DNA of 64,000 nt. Origin: Camelus ferus (Eukaryota). Positions 12,710 to 26,600 of this stretch are shown in pieces; the stretch's first letter is position 1; the number at the start of each line of letters is the position of its first letter. The notes under the pieces are model-generated. The model did no database searches. It saw nothing but the letters and a program-made list of their open reading frames with translations, and was not told the DNA's origin. The position numbers and the translations under genes were made by a program. Where the stretch lies: positions 56,546,001 to 56,610,000 of the forward strand of contig NC_045707.1 of assembly GCF_009834535.1 (NCBI RefSeq), given 5' to 3'.

Positions 12710-14316
12710 TAGTTTTCTGGTAGTATCTTTAGGATTTTCTACATTCCATACTACATATAATAGGATTCTATTATAGTATCATGCTACCTGCAAATAGAGT
12801 TTTATCAATGAATTCTGTAAAGCTGCAGGATACAAATTTAATATACCAAAACCTGTTGCACTTATAAACACTAACAATGAAATATTAGAAAGAGAAATTA
12901 AGGAAACAATCTCATTTACCATCACATCAAAAAGAATAAAATACCTAGGAAAAAACCTACCTAAGTAGGCAATAGACCTGTACTCCAAAAACAGTAAGAC
13001 TCTGATGAAAGAAACTGAAGATGACACAAACAGATGGAAAGATATACTATGTTTGGATTGGAAGAAACAATATTGTTGAAATGACCATACTATCCAAGGC
13101 AATCTACACATTAAGTGCAATATCTATCTATTTTTCACTGGCATTTTCCAAAGAACTAGAACAAAAAATTTTTTAAATTTGTATAGAAACACAAAATACC
13201 CCAAATAGCCAAAACAATCTTCAGAAAGAAGAATGGAGCCAGAGAATCATGCTCCCTGACTTCAGACTATACTACAAAACTACAGAAGTCAAAGCAGTAT
13301 GCTATTGGCACAAAAACAGACACATAGATCACTGGAACAGGACAGAAGGCTTAGAAATAGACCCACACTTATGATCAATTAACCTACAACAAAGGGGGCA
13401 AGAACATACAATGGAGAAAAGACAGTCTCTCCAATAGGTGGTGATGGGAAAACTGGACAGCTACACATAAAAGAATGAAATTAGAACATTCTCTAACACC
13501 ATACACAAAAATAAATTCAAAATGTATTGAACACCTAAATATAAGGCTGGATACTATAAAAGTCCTAGAGGAATACATAGTCAGAACACTCTTTGACATA
13601 AATTGCAGCAAGATTTTTTAGATCCATCTCCTAGAGTAATGGAAACAAAAGCAAAAATAAACAAATGAGACCTAATTAAACTTAAAGGCTTTTGCACAGC
13701 AAAGGAAACCATAAACAAAATGAAAAACAACCTACATAATGAAGAATGGGAGAAAATATTTTCAAACAATGTGACTGACAAGGGATTAATTTTGAAAATA
13801 TACAAACAGCTCATAACTCACTATTAAAAACAAACAAACAACCCAAGCAAGAAATAGGCAGAGGGCCTAAATAGACATTTCTCCAAAGAAGACATATAGG
13901 TGGTCAACAGGCACATTAAAAGATGCTCAAAATCACTAATATTAAAGAAATGTAAATCAAAAGTAAAATGAGGTATCACTTCACACTGTTCAGAATGACC
14001 ATCATCAAAAAAGTCTACAAATTATAAATGCTGGAGAGGGTGAGGAGAAAAGGGAATCCTCCTACAATGTTGGTAAGAATGTAAATTGATGCAGCCACTA
14101 TGCAGAATAGTATGAAGGTTCCTTGAAAAACTAAAAACAGAGTTACCATATGATTCGGCAATCACACTCCTAGCCATATATCCAGAAATGACAAAAACTC
14201 GAATTTGGGAAGATACATGGCACCCAAATATTCTTAGCAGTACTACTTAAAATAGCCAAGAAATGGAAGGTTGTTTTTTCATTTTGTTTATGATTTCTTA
14301 TTATATATATATATAT

Positions 14317-14373
<57 letters not shown>

Positions 14374-14705
14374 GAATATTACCCAGCCATAAAAAAGAGT
14401 GAAATAATGCCATTGCAGCAACATGGATGGACCTAGAGATTATCATACTAAGTGAAGTAAGTCAGAGTAAGACACACATCATATGATTATCAGTTATATG
14501 TGTAACCTAAAACATGATACAAATGAACTTATTTGTAAAACAGAAAGTGACTCACAGACATAGAAAACAAACTTATGGTTACCAAAGGAGAAAGCAAGTG
14601 AAAGGAGAGATAAATTAGGTGTTTGGGATTAACAGATACATACTACTATATATAAAATAGATGAACAGTAAGGACCTACTGTATTGCACAGGGAAGTATA
14701 TTTAA
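12710..14705 (+). mobile_element. 5'-truncated LINE-1 with a short 5' inversion (12710-12798)
   Basis: ORF2 3' half and 3'UTR recognisable by similarity to the other L1 copies in the window. Confidence 0.9.
14300..14369. repeat. (TA)n(CA)n microsatellite inside L1
   Basis: Direct reading. Confidence 0.98.
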
Positions 14706-14829
14706 ACTATTATTATGCTAGAGGTATATGCTAATTAAATAAATAATAGTCTGGAATTTGTATTTCAAATAGTATTATCAGATGTAACTTACTTGTGATC
14801 AAACTTTTTAGAGATGTAAAATATTATTA

Positions 14830-15105
14830 CATTAGGGCAGTGAAAATACTTTGTATGATGGATACATGTCATTATGTATTTGTCCAACTCATAGAATGAA
14901 CCGTATGGCAAACTTTGAACTTTGGGTGATTATGATGTGTCCATGTAGGTTCATCAGGTGTAACAGATGCATCACTCTGGTGGGGGATGTTGATGATGGG
15001 AGAGGCCATGCATGCGTGGAGGCAAAGGTATACAGTTAATCTCTGTACCTTCTCAATTTTGCTATAAACCTAAAAATGCTCTTGAAAATAAAGTCTTTTA
15101 AAAAA
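14830..15105 (+). mobile_element. Old L1M 3'UTR fragment
   Basis: Characteristic old L1 3' end ending in ataaagtcttt and an A-tail. Confidence 0.75.
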
Positions 15106-17318
15106 AGACAAAAATTATTACATTTCAACCATTATGTTGTACTTACTAAAATGTAGTTTACTTCAAAGTAAATTTTATTTTAAACAAAGAAAAAAAGGAA
15201 TTTGAGTATTAAAATTTCTATACAGTCAGAAAACAGTATCTTTTTCCAGCCTTGGCTTAATTATAAAATTGCTGAAATAATTTCACTAAGTTTTTCATGA
15301 ACATACTTAGAGCTTGATTGTTCTGAGAGAAGTAAAGCAATTAATTCTGCACATAGTTTCCACAAAATGTTTTGGCTAATGAATTTATCAAAATAGCAAT
15401 TTATATCTCTTAAGATACTTTTTGTAGGACATAGGTAAAAGTAAAAATATCCCCAAATATTAGGGCTAACTCTAATGATTTAAAACAGCTATCCTTGAAG
15501 AAAACTGCATGACAAGTTTAAAATTAGATAATGGTTGATGCAAAGAAGTTAAAAATAAAAGATGGAAAAAAGTGTGTTCCTTTAATATACATAGTCAACA
15601 GTTTCAACACGTTATAAAAAGAAGGCTACTTCACAACTTTCCTAGAAATTGCATTGAAAAAACTGCTGTTTTTTGTTTCTTTCTCCTCAGGATAAAACTG
15701 TACTCTTAATTTGGGGATCCCCAGCTTTTTTGAACCACAATCTTCCATTATAACCTTGTGATATGTCACTTGCATCTGTACCAAACAGTCTTGGACTCAT
15801 TGATGTCAGAGATAAAAACGGTACTGGGATCTCAATGTAGCTTTCTGGTTGGGAAGACTCTATATTTTAAAATATAGAGAGTACTCCTTTTGGCAAGGTG
15901 CACTGGTGTTAATCTTGCTCTGGCAGGTCATCAATGAACAGGGTGTTTTCCTGCCCTACCCCAGTAGGAAGTGCTGCTAATGCGAGAGTTTAAAAGTTCC
16001 CTTAACATTCATGTATAATTCAACACATGCCTTCTGATTTCCCAAGGCGGTGCCTATTGTAGCAAAAGAAAAAAACCTTCATTGAAACAGAAATTACATA
16101 TGATGAGGCAAAATAAATTGCTCTGCATGGGGAAAGAAAATATTTAAATATATTTTTTATTGAAATGCTAGCACATACTAAAAAATAATCCTAACACAAA
16201 GGCTAATACAATGAAAATCGAGTCTCTTTCCATTACATACCCACTACACAACCTTCCTTAGAGATAACCATCATGAAAGGATTTTTGTATCCTTCCTGAA
16301 ATAATAGTCTATGTGTTTTCAAATATATTAATATGTATTTTAAAAGTAAAATAGGAGTATAGCTTGAGAAGTAATTTTAATTAATATGCTATACATAAGT
16401 TTTAATATGAGTAGTACCAGTGGATATATTTCCAATGGATATATTTTAAAATATTTTACTGTCAGTAGATAGTTCTCCTTAGAGTCAATTTACTGAGAAT
16501 AATTCAACATTACATGTAAATTACTTTAATACTCTACCAGATTCCTATAGGGAATGCATTACTCAAATAAGATATTATTAACTTAAATAATAACAATAAT
16601 GAATATTAATTGAATGCTCAGTGCATAGCAGACCCTCTTCTAAGTTATTTACACGTATTAGCTTATTTAATCATTACAGTAAACCCTACTAATTTTATTC
16701 CATTGTATAGATGAAGAAACTGAATGACAGAAAGATAAGTAACCTGTGAAAACACACAGCACACAGATAGAAAAAGCTCAATTTTAATCCAGATAGTCTG
16801 ACTTATGTTCTTACGCAGTTATTATAATAGCTATCCATATTTAATGAGAACTACTTTTTTTGTTCTTAATCTAAAAATATTATTTTAAAATAATATGTAG
16901 CTATTAAAGAAAATTCATATTATGTCATAGTTCTTCCTTTATTTTTCCTTCTCTGTCTTCCAAACCCAAATGACAGAGAAGTCTCTTTTTCTTCCATCAT
17001 AATCTACTCTCCACGAATTACTTCCCACAGTCTATATTGCTGTCATTCCTAACTCTTTCCAACAGAACTCTCAGAAGTACAGTTTCTCTGGGACTGTCTT
17101 GACAGCTACACAGAAAGAGCTAGATTCATCTTATAGTCTAAGTCATAACATCAAGCTTCTGGCCTAATGGAGATCCATGTGAAAATTGACTTTCTGTCTC
17201 TTATAGCACTGTGCGCCTCAGCAGTGTGACATTGAATAGCTATTGGGCTCTGCTTCCTAGCTTCTCTCCTACCTTCCCCACCACTCCCATCAAAATCAAG
17301 AATCCTTTAGTGTTATGT

Positions 17319-17526
17319 TCACTCTTCTGGGACAAAACCTTCTTCCTTTAAAAGAGTCATCATGATTTTACAAAAAAAGTCTTCATCATTGTGGAAGTAC
17401 TGGCCCACATTATCTTCGTCAATAGCAACATTTTGCTCACTGTGTCTGAGTGCAGCTGTGCTTGACCAAAATACTTCCACATACAGTTTCCAGTTGTCCT
17501 TACATAGCAGAAGCTAAACAATATTG
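17319..17526 (-). pseudogene. Putative terminal coding pseudo-exon
   Basis: Acceptor tatttttctttcag; NIV*LLLCKDNWKLYVEVFWSSTAALRH...FVPEE* (64 open codons after the TAG) resembles the dynein C-terminal N(Y/F)V..(V/L).L.....HW..RG.AL. Confidence 0.5.
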
Positions 17527-17899
17527 CTGAAAGAAAAATAACTAAGATTTTGAAAGTTTTTTTTGGAGGATCTCAGCTTCTTTCTTGAAATCCCATCCAG
17601 TTCTTATCACTGTAATTAGGTATTTACTTTATATCCTATATCTCAAATTATGAAACCATCAGATTACGTCTAATAAGGAATTAAGGGTCATCTAAAAGAA
17701 AAAGAAAAAAAGGGAAGGGGGCTGCAGCGTGAGAGAGATATTCCTACAATTATTCTAATATTGGCCTAGAAGCCTAAGTTAGTCCTATCCACCTGACTGG
17801 AAGATCCTTTATATGGAATTTTACATTCAGTTTTATGTAAGGGACAATTTTAATCCATTAAGAATGGTGAGCTAGAAAGGAAGGCCTACTTGGTGTGTT

Positions 17900-18445
17900 G
17901 AATGGATACAGAAAATGTGGTATATATGACCAATGGGATATTATTCAGCCTTAAAAAAGGAAATTTTGCTATCTGTGACAACATGGATGAACCTGGAGGA
18001 CATCACACTAAGTGAAATAAGCTAGACATAGAAAGACAAATATGGTATCACTTACATGTGGAATCTAGACCAAGGAAAGTCGAACTTATAGAAACAGAGA
18101 ATAGATGGTTACCAGGGGCTTCAGGGGCGGTGTAGACAAGTGGGAGAATGTTGGTCAAAGGGTACAAACTTACAGTTATAAGATGAATAAGTTCTAAGGA
18201 AGTAATAATGTACAGCATAGTGAGCATAGTTAATAAGCATCCTATATACTTGAAATTTGCTGAGAGTAGATCTTAAGTATTTTCACCACAAACACATAAA
18301 GTAACCATGTTAAGTGATGGATGTACTAATGAACTTGATTATGGTAATCATTTCACAATGTATACATATATCAAATTATCAGATGGTACACTTCAAATAT
18401 ATATGGTTTTATTTGTCAATCATACCTCAGTAAAGCTGGGGGAAA
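17900..18445 (+). mobile_element. Old L1M 3' end
   Basis: ORF2 end (acatggatgaacctggaggacatc) plus 3'UTR ending cctcagtaaagctggg. Confidence 0.85.
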
Positions 18446-19187
18446 ATTCACTATTTCAAATTAATTCTTTTTAGAGTAGAATACGATCTGTCCCAGGCTT
18501 AGCAACACATTTACATATTTTAGTTTCTAATCATTTTTCTTAAGTTGTATACAGTTTTCTTACAAAAAAAAAATCTATATTAGACCTTGATTTCATAATG
18601 AAAAACTAATTACTATTCCATAGAATAACTGATAAATTTGATGTTGCAAATTAACTCAATAAAAATACACTCTTCAAATTTATTTGTCAAGATACTATAA
18701 ACAGATTTTATTCCAGTTGTTTTTCTCTGTCCTCACATGTCCTTTATAGGAAAAGGACATAGTGCTGTAAGTGTTTCAGATTTGTCTGTACATTTGTTTC
18801 AGAATTTTGTTAAATATGACAAGGAAGTTGATCTTAAGAAGTACTATAAATGGTGCACATTATTCTATAGAGAGGAAATATCTCATTTAAGTCATATGCC
18901 TGCTTATCCTATAAATAATTCACAGATATCTTTGGCCAGCTTAAAATAGAGTTCTGCTAACTCACAAACTAAAAGTGGAAATTGTAAGAAAATAACAAAA
19001 TGAGCAATTCTTGTTGCATAATATTAATGGCAGATTATTGCAAAGTTTATTTTAATTTTTGACTGATTTTCATTATGGGTTATATTCTACATATTTTGGA
19101 TGGGCTCTTTAGAATACTTAGTTTACAAAAATCATACCACACTTACAGTAGTGCTTGCTTCTAGTTAATAAAGGTGTATTTGTTTAC

Positions 19188-19232
19188 CTGGAAAATTATT
19201 CAAGATTCTTAGGTTTTATTAGGCTAGCATTT
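19188..19232 (-). pseudogene. Pseudo-exon (45 nt)
   Basis: Acceptor aattttag and donor cag|gtaaac; a phase 2-2 reading links correctly to the terminal exon. Confidence 0.4.
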
Positions 19233-19826
19233 CTAAAATTATATATTGTTTTCTATATATTTATATGAAAGATGCTATTGTATAAAACATTTTGAGCATC
19301 TTTTCAATACTGTTTTTAGAGTCAGGTTTATGAGCACTGAAAGAACTAGCTTGATGAGTTTTAACTCTGAATCACTCCATTTCATTGGTTTTTACATTTT
19401 TATAAGCATTAGGAAAACCATATATAGATGTATAGATTATATCTATATATGAATAAATATGTATATATGTAAATATGTATATATATCTTAAGACTCACTT
19501 AACTAATTAAAAACATCATTAGACTTCTTCAGCAATCACAAACAGTTTTATTTGTGATCTTGATTTTTTTTCCTGATGAACTAGACAAAGTGAGGTGAAG
19601 TTATAAGACTTTAAAAAAAAAAAAAAGACTTTTAAAAATAGAATTAAAATTGCTACATTGAGTTTTTAATTTGAACACAATCATCATTGGTGACTATAAT
19701 TTATGTCATATTTAAAATATTTTACAGTACCTTTTTGAAATTGTTTTTGAGTCAGATTTATGAGTGATAAAATAATTAGCTCATCATTAGACTTCATATA
19801 TAATGGAAATGTAGTTGAAATCATAC

Positions 19827-19880
19827 CTGGATTTTTAGAGTCAAGATAGCACTCTGAAATATTAGTCTGGTAACACTGGG
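19827..19880 (-). pseudogene. Pseudo-exon (54 nt)
   Basis: Long T-rich tract then catgcag acceptor, donor cag|gtatga; length divisible by 3 preserves phase 2. Confidence 0.55.
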
Positions 19881-20062
19881 CTGCATGTAAATGTGAACAA
19901 AGAAAAGTTCAAACACCAAAGAAGAAAAAGAAAAAAAAAATGTTTCATTTCATATATTGAATTAAAGTTTCCATCATATTCTACTAATTTGTGTTATACC
20001 CTGCCTTGAGGGAATAGTGGGGAAAACTCATTAGGGAACACAGTCATACATGTAAAAATTAC

Positions 20063-20135
20063 CTGACATTATAATATAAATGTAGCCCAGGTCAGAATCC
20101 ATTCATCAGTTGTACCATTTCAACCTACCATTGGT
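20063..20135 (-). pseudogene. Pseudo-exon (73 nt), C-terminal domain
   Basis: Acceptor tgtcttttaag and donor cag|gtaatt; MNGF*PGLHLY resembles G.YI.GL.L; ends in phase 2. Confidence 0.5.
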
Positions 20136-21254
20136 CTTAAAAGACATGAATTAGCTACAGGCATGATCTATTGATTTCTATTGTCCAGAAAGAAAGTAAA
20201 ATATTTCATTTGAGCCAGTGCACCAATAGTGAAGTTATTTTTTGGGTAACTGCACATTATGCATCCTGGTTTGCGTAGGAAATCAATTGAAGTATGATAT
20301 CAAATCAATTGCTGATCTCTTTCTGCTGCAGTAAAGTCAATACCATGACATTCTCCCTTTTGTTTTTTCTCATATTTTAATTTTGTCTCTGTGAGAGTAG
20401 TCCTATTATAGTATGCTGGATTTTCTCTTTTTTGTTTCTCTACTCCCTATATTCACCACAGCCGGTAAACAGGAAATAGGGAGTATCTAAATAATTACTA
20501 AAAAATATGAGTGCCATATAATGTGAGATAAACTCCATCAAACTAGGAAACTTGCCACATCTATGTTGCTCCCAGGGGCCCAGAAGTCTGCAGCATGTCA
20601 GGGTACTCTCTTTAAAGAAAAAGACACATTTCTATACTTAATACAACTCTTCGGATGTTGGTGGTATCTGAGGCCACCTTTGACTCACTGAGTAACCCAC
20701 AAGCTTTGAGTGGGATCCATCAGAAAAGGTCTCTGTAGAAAGCATATGTTGGGGCACCCACTATCCTATCTTTTATCTGGGTCCCCTGTTGGACCCAGAA
20801 GATCTGATAATAATCAAATAGCTGGGGCAGACATTGCCTCATTTATAAAAACGTTTGTATCTTGCATTTATATAAGTATGTAAGCTAGCGTAAATATTCT
20901 GAAAAGGCATAAATAAACAATAAAAATGTTGGTTGAGTGTAGAATAAAAGGCATAAAACTAGAAATGAATTTGCCTTGTTTTTTATACTGTGAGCTTGCC
21001 ATGAGGCATATCCATGAATAAAACTAACTTCCAATTAGTTAATTAGCTCATAGGGTAACTAAGAAATTGTTAATTATTAATTATAAGTAAAAATTTTGTC
21101 ATTCATTTACAAGTCTTTTCATCAGTACATGTTGATAATTGAAACATTCTTTGCGACAGAGATTTCAAATATCAACATTTTTAATACTTCACTCATGCCA
21201 TTGAATTGTTTGTTGTGATTTTCATTGTGAGCTGGGAGGTAGTATGATATAATA

Positions 21255-21945
21255 ATTAAAAATTTAGACTTTAAAAAATGAACACAGTGAAGCAAAAAAA
21301 ACCACATAGATACAGGGAATAGATTAGTGGTTACCAGAGGGGAAGGGTAGGGAGGAGGGCAAAATGGTAAAGGGGGTCATCTATATGGTGAAGGATGGAA
21401 GGAAACTAAACTTTGGTGGTGTCCACTCTGTAGTGTATACAGAAACCAAATATAATATTGTACAGGTGAAATTTATACAATGATATATATGTTAGATATT
21501 AGTTCAAATACTGCTCAGCCATAAAATAGAATGAAATTTTGCCATTTGCAGCAGTATGGATGGATCGGGATGCTATTATGCTTAGCGAAATAAGTCAGAC
21601 AGAGAAAGACAAATACTGTATGATATTACTTGTATGTGGAATCTAGAGCATACAATAAACTTGTGAATAAAACCAAAAAGAAGCAGACTCACAGATACAG
21701 AGAACAAACTAGTGTTTACTAGTCGTATAAAATAAGTACAGGAATATACCATATAGTAGGAGGAATACAGCCAATATTTTACAATAACTACAAATGGAGT
21801 ATAAACTTTAAAAATTGTGAATCACTATACTGTACTCCATAACTTACATAATATCGTATAACTATACTTCAATAGAAAAATGTATAAAATGTTATAAATT
21901 GATGTTACCTCACTAATGAAAAATAAATAAACAAATTTTTAAAAA
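21255..21945 (+). mobile_element. Two nested L1 3'-end fragments
   Basis: An L1 3'UTR interrupted at about 21510-21880 by a second ORF2-end/3'UTR piece. Confidence 0.75.
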
Positions 21946-22566
21946 GAATATCCCTTAGTAGCCCATTTTACAAAAAAAAAAGAATGAGACTTTTTAATTA
22001 AACTATATATATTAAATGTTAGCTGTGCCACTTTTAAGTTTTGTGGCCTTTAGTAGGTTAAGTTCTCCTCAATTTTCTCCAATGTAGAGTGGGAATAGTA
22101 ATGGTACGTGATCAGAGGTTGATGTAAGGTTTAGAGATAGAACATATAAAGTGCTGGCCACAGAGAAAAGCTTCAATAAATTTCAAATATTAACATTCAG
22201 GAGACTATATGTCAGCTTCTTCAACTGTAAAATTTAAAGTCCTTCACAGCCTTAAAATGGTAGATTTCTGTTATTTAAGGTTATGTCTATGTAAAGTGAA
22301 GTAGACATTTAGTCAGTTATTCAGTGAACAGAGAAAAGGACCACTATATCATGAAGGTTCATGAACAAATTGTAAGGACCTGTTTTAGATTAATGACACA
22401 CTGAATAATTACTCATTTTTCATCTGTAAGAAGTCAATCTCTTTAAACCATCTTTTAAAAGCATGTAGTTATGCCACAGATCTAGTGATGTTGTATGCTA
22501 AATTGTCTTAGCTCCCAGTTACCTCAACCTTCTCTTTCAAATTATATTTTTTCTTGTCTCCCTTAC

Positions 22567-23637
22567 ATTAAGGATTTAGTGATTAGAACAAAGCATGTAC
22601 ACAGTTAGCAACTTAATTTAGGCTGAAATAATGTTTTCATCTTGTGCTTGGTGAAAAGACACAACTTCATCCTTTTCTAAAACATCTTCATTCTCTCTCT
22701 ATCAGTACTGTCAAAGTATATATTTGTTAAAGGTGATAATACTAAAGGAAATACAAGTGCATTTTTTCTTTCAATAGAAGAGTGAAAAATATCACCCCCC
22801 GCCAAAAGAACTTTATTGGCATCTGCAGCTACAGAGAGTATCACAGCTGAAAATAACTGGGTAATTGTTTTGTCAGTTTAGAGATCATACACAGAACTGT
22901 AGCCTTTGCTTCATTTCACTCCATTTCTTGAATTGATAGAGTGAGCTATTGGGGACAATTTTGGTTTCAAAATACGCTGTGGAATTTTTCCATCAAAATC
23001 AATATCTCTAAAAAATGTGTGCATGATGAATGAAATGTTATGCCTTTAGTGATGACCTCCACAATTCTCAACTCTTTCTCGGTGAAGTACGCGGTAGGTA
23101 TTGTAAAATAAACTTGCATTAGGCTGTCCACTGTTTTCTTCAACTTGTCAACTGATTTCTCATATTTAGATTTTACTGCCTGAACTGAAATTGGCTCATT
23201 GATTGGGATACATATCTCTGTGCTTTTTTTGGTAATTGTTAGCCCGAGAATGTGGTTTATACATTAAATGCTAAATAGTTAATGTGGACTATTGTGGGAG
23301 ACATCAAAGATGACCCAAGAATAAAATGCATGGTATATAATAGAATATTGATAATCTTCATGGAACGAGTAACACTGCAACTAGCAAATTCCATTGAAAC
23401 CTTTATAATTAAAAATGGCCTTATAGTCACAGACATTCATAATTCCAAAATTGCTCAAATATTATTATCCAAACTATGAAAGACAGTAATGTGCTTATTA
23501 ATGGTGAATGAGAACACCACAAATACACTGTTGGACAATCTGACAGCAGTAAGACTTCTGGCCCCTATCTCTCTAATGCTCTGCTACTCCTAAATTTAGA
23601 GCAGCTCTCACAAACATAAATGCCTGGTAGAACTGTG
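22567..23637 (-). pseudogene. Large pseudo-exon, putative AAA6 lid and start of C-terminal domain
   Basis: Acceptor tttacctgcttatcttaacag (pyrimidine tract split by L1) and candidate donor aat|gtaagg; long near-open frames containing CICGVLIHH and HAFYSWVIFD; multiple stops and frameshifts. Confidence 0.45.
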
Positions 23638-23658
23638 CTGTTAAGATAAGCAGGTAAA

Positions 23659-26600
23659 GGTAGATATTTTCAGAGCATTACACCCACCAAAAATAGGATA
23701 TAAATTCTTTTCAAGTGCACATGGAACATTTTCTAGGATTGATCATGTACTTGGGCACAAAAGAAGCCTCAACAATTTTAAGAAGATAGAAATTATCTCA
23801 AGCATCTTTACTGACCACAATGTCATGAAACTAGAAATCAACTACAGAGAAACAAAGGAGAAAAAAAAGGAAAGCACGGAGATTAAACAACATGCCATTA
23901 AAAAACCAATGGGTCAATGAGGAAATCAAAGTTGAAATTAAAAAATACCTTGAGACAAATGAAAATGAATACACAACCACACAAAACTTATGGGACGCAG
24001 AAAAGGCAGTGCTAAGAGGGAAGTTTATAGCTATACAGGCCTTCCTCAAAAAAGAAGAACAATCTCAAATAAACAATCTAACCCACCAGCTAAGAGAACT
24101 AGAAAAAGAAGAGCAAAAACACCCAAAGGTCAGCAGAAGGAAGGAAATTATAAAGATCAGGGAGGAAATAAATAAAATAGAGGTTTAAAAAAAATACAAA
24201 AAATCAATCAAACCAAAACCTGGTTTTCTGAAAGAGTAAATAAAATCGACAAAACTCTGCCCAAACTCGCAAAGAAGAAAAAAGAGAGAGCACAAATAAG
24301 CAAAATAAGAAAAGAAAATGGAGAAATTACAACAAATAACATAGAAATACAGATATCATACAAGAATATTATGAAAAACTATTTGAACCAAAATGGATAA
24401 CCTAGAGGAGATGGACAAGTTTCTGGAAACATACAGTCCACCAAGACTGAATCAAGAAGAAACTGACCACTTGAACAAACCGATCACTAGAAAGGAAATT
24501 GAATTAGCAATAAAAAAACCTCCCCACAAATAAAAGTCCAGGACCGGATGGCTTCACTGTGGAATTCTACCAAACATACAAAGAACTCATACCAGTCCTC
24601 CACAAACTCTAACAGAAGACTGAAAAAGAGGGAATACTCCCAAACTCATTCTATGAAGTTACCATCACCCTGATATCAAGACCAGGCAAAGACACCACCA
24701 AAAAAGAGAATTACAGACCAATATCACTGATGAACATAGATGCAAAAATCCATACCAAAATACTAGCAAATAGAATCCAACAGCACATAAAAAAGATTAC
24801 ACATCATGACCAAGTGGGGTTCATACCAGGGACACAAGGATGATTCAACATATGCGAATCAGTCAATGTAATATATCACATCAACAAGAGAAAGGACAAA
24901 AACCACATGATTATCTCAATAGATGCATAAAAAGCTTTTGATAAAATTCAACACTCAGTTATGATAAAAACTCTCACCAAAGTGGGTATAGAGGGAACTT
25001 ATCTCAACATCATAAAAGCTATATATGACAAACCTACAGCCAGCATAGTACTCATGGTCAAAAACTCAAAAGCTTCCCACTAAAATCTGGGACAAGACAA
25101 GGATGCCCACTATCACCACTCCTATTCAACATCATCTTGGAAGTCCTAGACACAGCAATCAAGCAAGAGAGAGAAATAAATGGATCCAAATTGGAAAAGA
25201 AGAGGTAAAAGTGTCACTATATGCAGATGACATAATACTATATATAGAAAACCCTAAAAGGTCCACACAAAAACTACTAGAAATAATCAAAGAATTCAGC
25301 AAGGTAGCAGGTTACAAGATTAACATTCAAAAATCAGTTGCATTTCTTTACACTAATGATGAATCAACAGAAAAAGAAAGTAAAGAAACAATCCCCTTTA
25401 AAATAGCACCCAAAGTAATAAAATACCTAGGAGTAAATCTAACCAAGGAGGTGAAAGACTTATACACGGAAAACTATAAAGCACAGATGAAGGAAATTAA
25501 AGAAGACTTAAAAAATGGAAAGATATCCATGCTCTTGGATTGGAAGAATCAATATTGTTAAAATGGTCATACTGCCCAAGGCAATATACAGATTTAAAGC
25601 AATCCCTATCAAATTACCCAGGACATATTTCACAGAACTAGAACAAATCATAATAAAATTTATATGGAACGACAAAGACCTAGAATTGCCAAAGCATTAC
25701 TGAAGAAAAAGAAAGAGGCTGGAGGAATAACTCTCCCAGACTTCAGACAATACTACAGAGCTACAGTCATCAAGACAGCATGGTATTGGTACAAAAACAG
25801 AAATATGGACCAATGGAACAGAATACAGAGCCCAGAAATGAACCCACAAACTTTTGGTCAACTAATCTTTGACAAAGGAGGCAAGAATATACAATGGAAT
25901 AAAGACAGTCTCTTCAGCAAATGATGCTGGGAAAACTGGACAGCAGCATGTCAGTCAATGTAGCTAGAACACTCCCTTACACCATACACAAAAATCAACT
26001 CAAAATGGATTAAAGACTTAAACATAAGACGAGATACAATAAATCTCTTAGAAGAAAATATAGGCAAAACATTATTTGACATACATCTCAAAAATGTTCT
26101 CCTAGAACAGTCTACTCAAGCAATAGAAATAAAAGGAAGAATAAACAAATGGGACCTAATTAAATTTACAAGCTTCTGCACAGCAAAGGAAACCATAAGG
26201 AAAACAAAACGACAACATACAGAATGGGAGAAAATTTTTGCCAATGAAACCAACAAAGGCTTGATCTCCAGAATATATAAGCAGCTCACAAGATTTAATA
26301 AGAAAAAAAACAAACCACCCAATCCAAAAATGGGCAGAAGACCTAAACAAGTAACTCTCCAAGGAAGAAATACAAATGATCAATAGGAACATGAAAAAAT
26401 GCTCAATATCACTAATTATCAGAGAAATGCAAATCAAAACTACGATGAGGTATCACCTCACGCCAGTCAGAATGGCCATCATTCAAAAGTCCACAAATGA
26501 CAAATGCTGGAGAGGCTGTGGAGAAAAGGGAACCCTCCTACACTGCTGGTGGGAATGCAGTTTGGTGCAGCCACTGTGGAAAACAGTAGGGAGATTCCTC

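Noticed and set aside
19188..19880. 45- and 54-nt exons suggesting collagen or casein/SCPP genes
   Set aside because: No Gly-X-Y or SxE content
23470..23585. EIGARSLTAVRLSN resembling a phosphopantetheine carrier motif (PKS/NRPS relic)
   Set aside because: Lacks the (D/H)S motif, needs assumed frameshifts, no KS/AT/A domains nearby, and the dynein reading explains the region better
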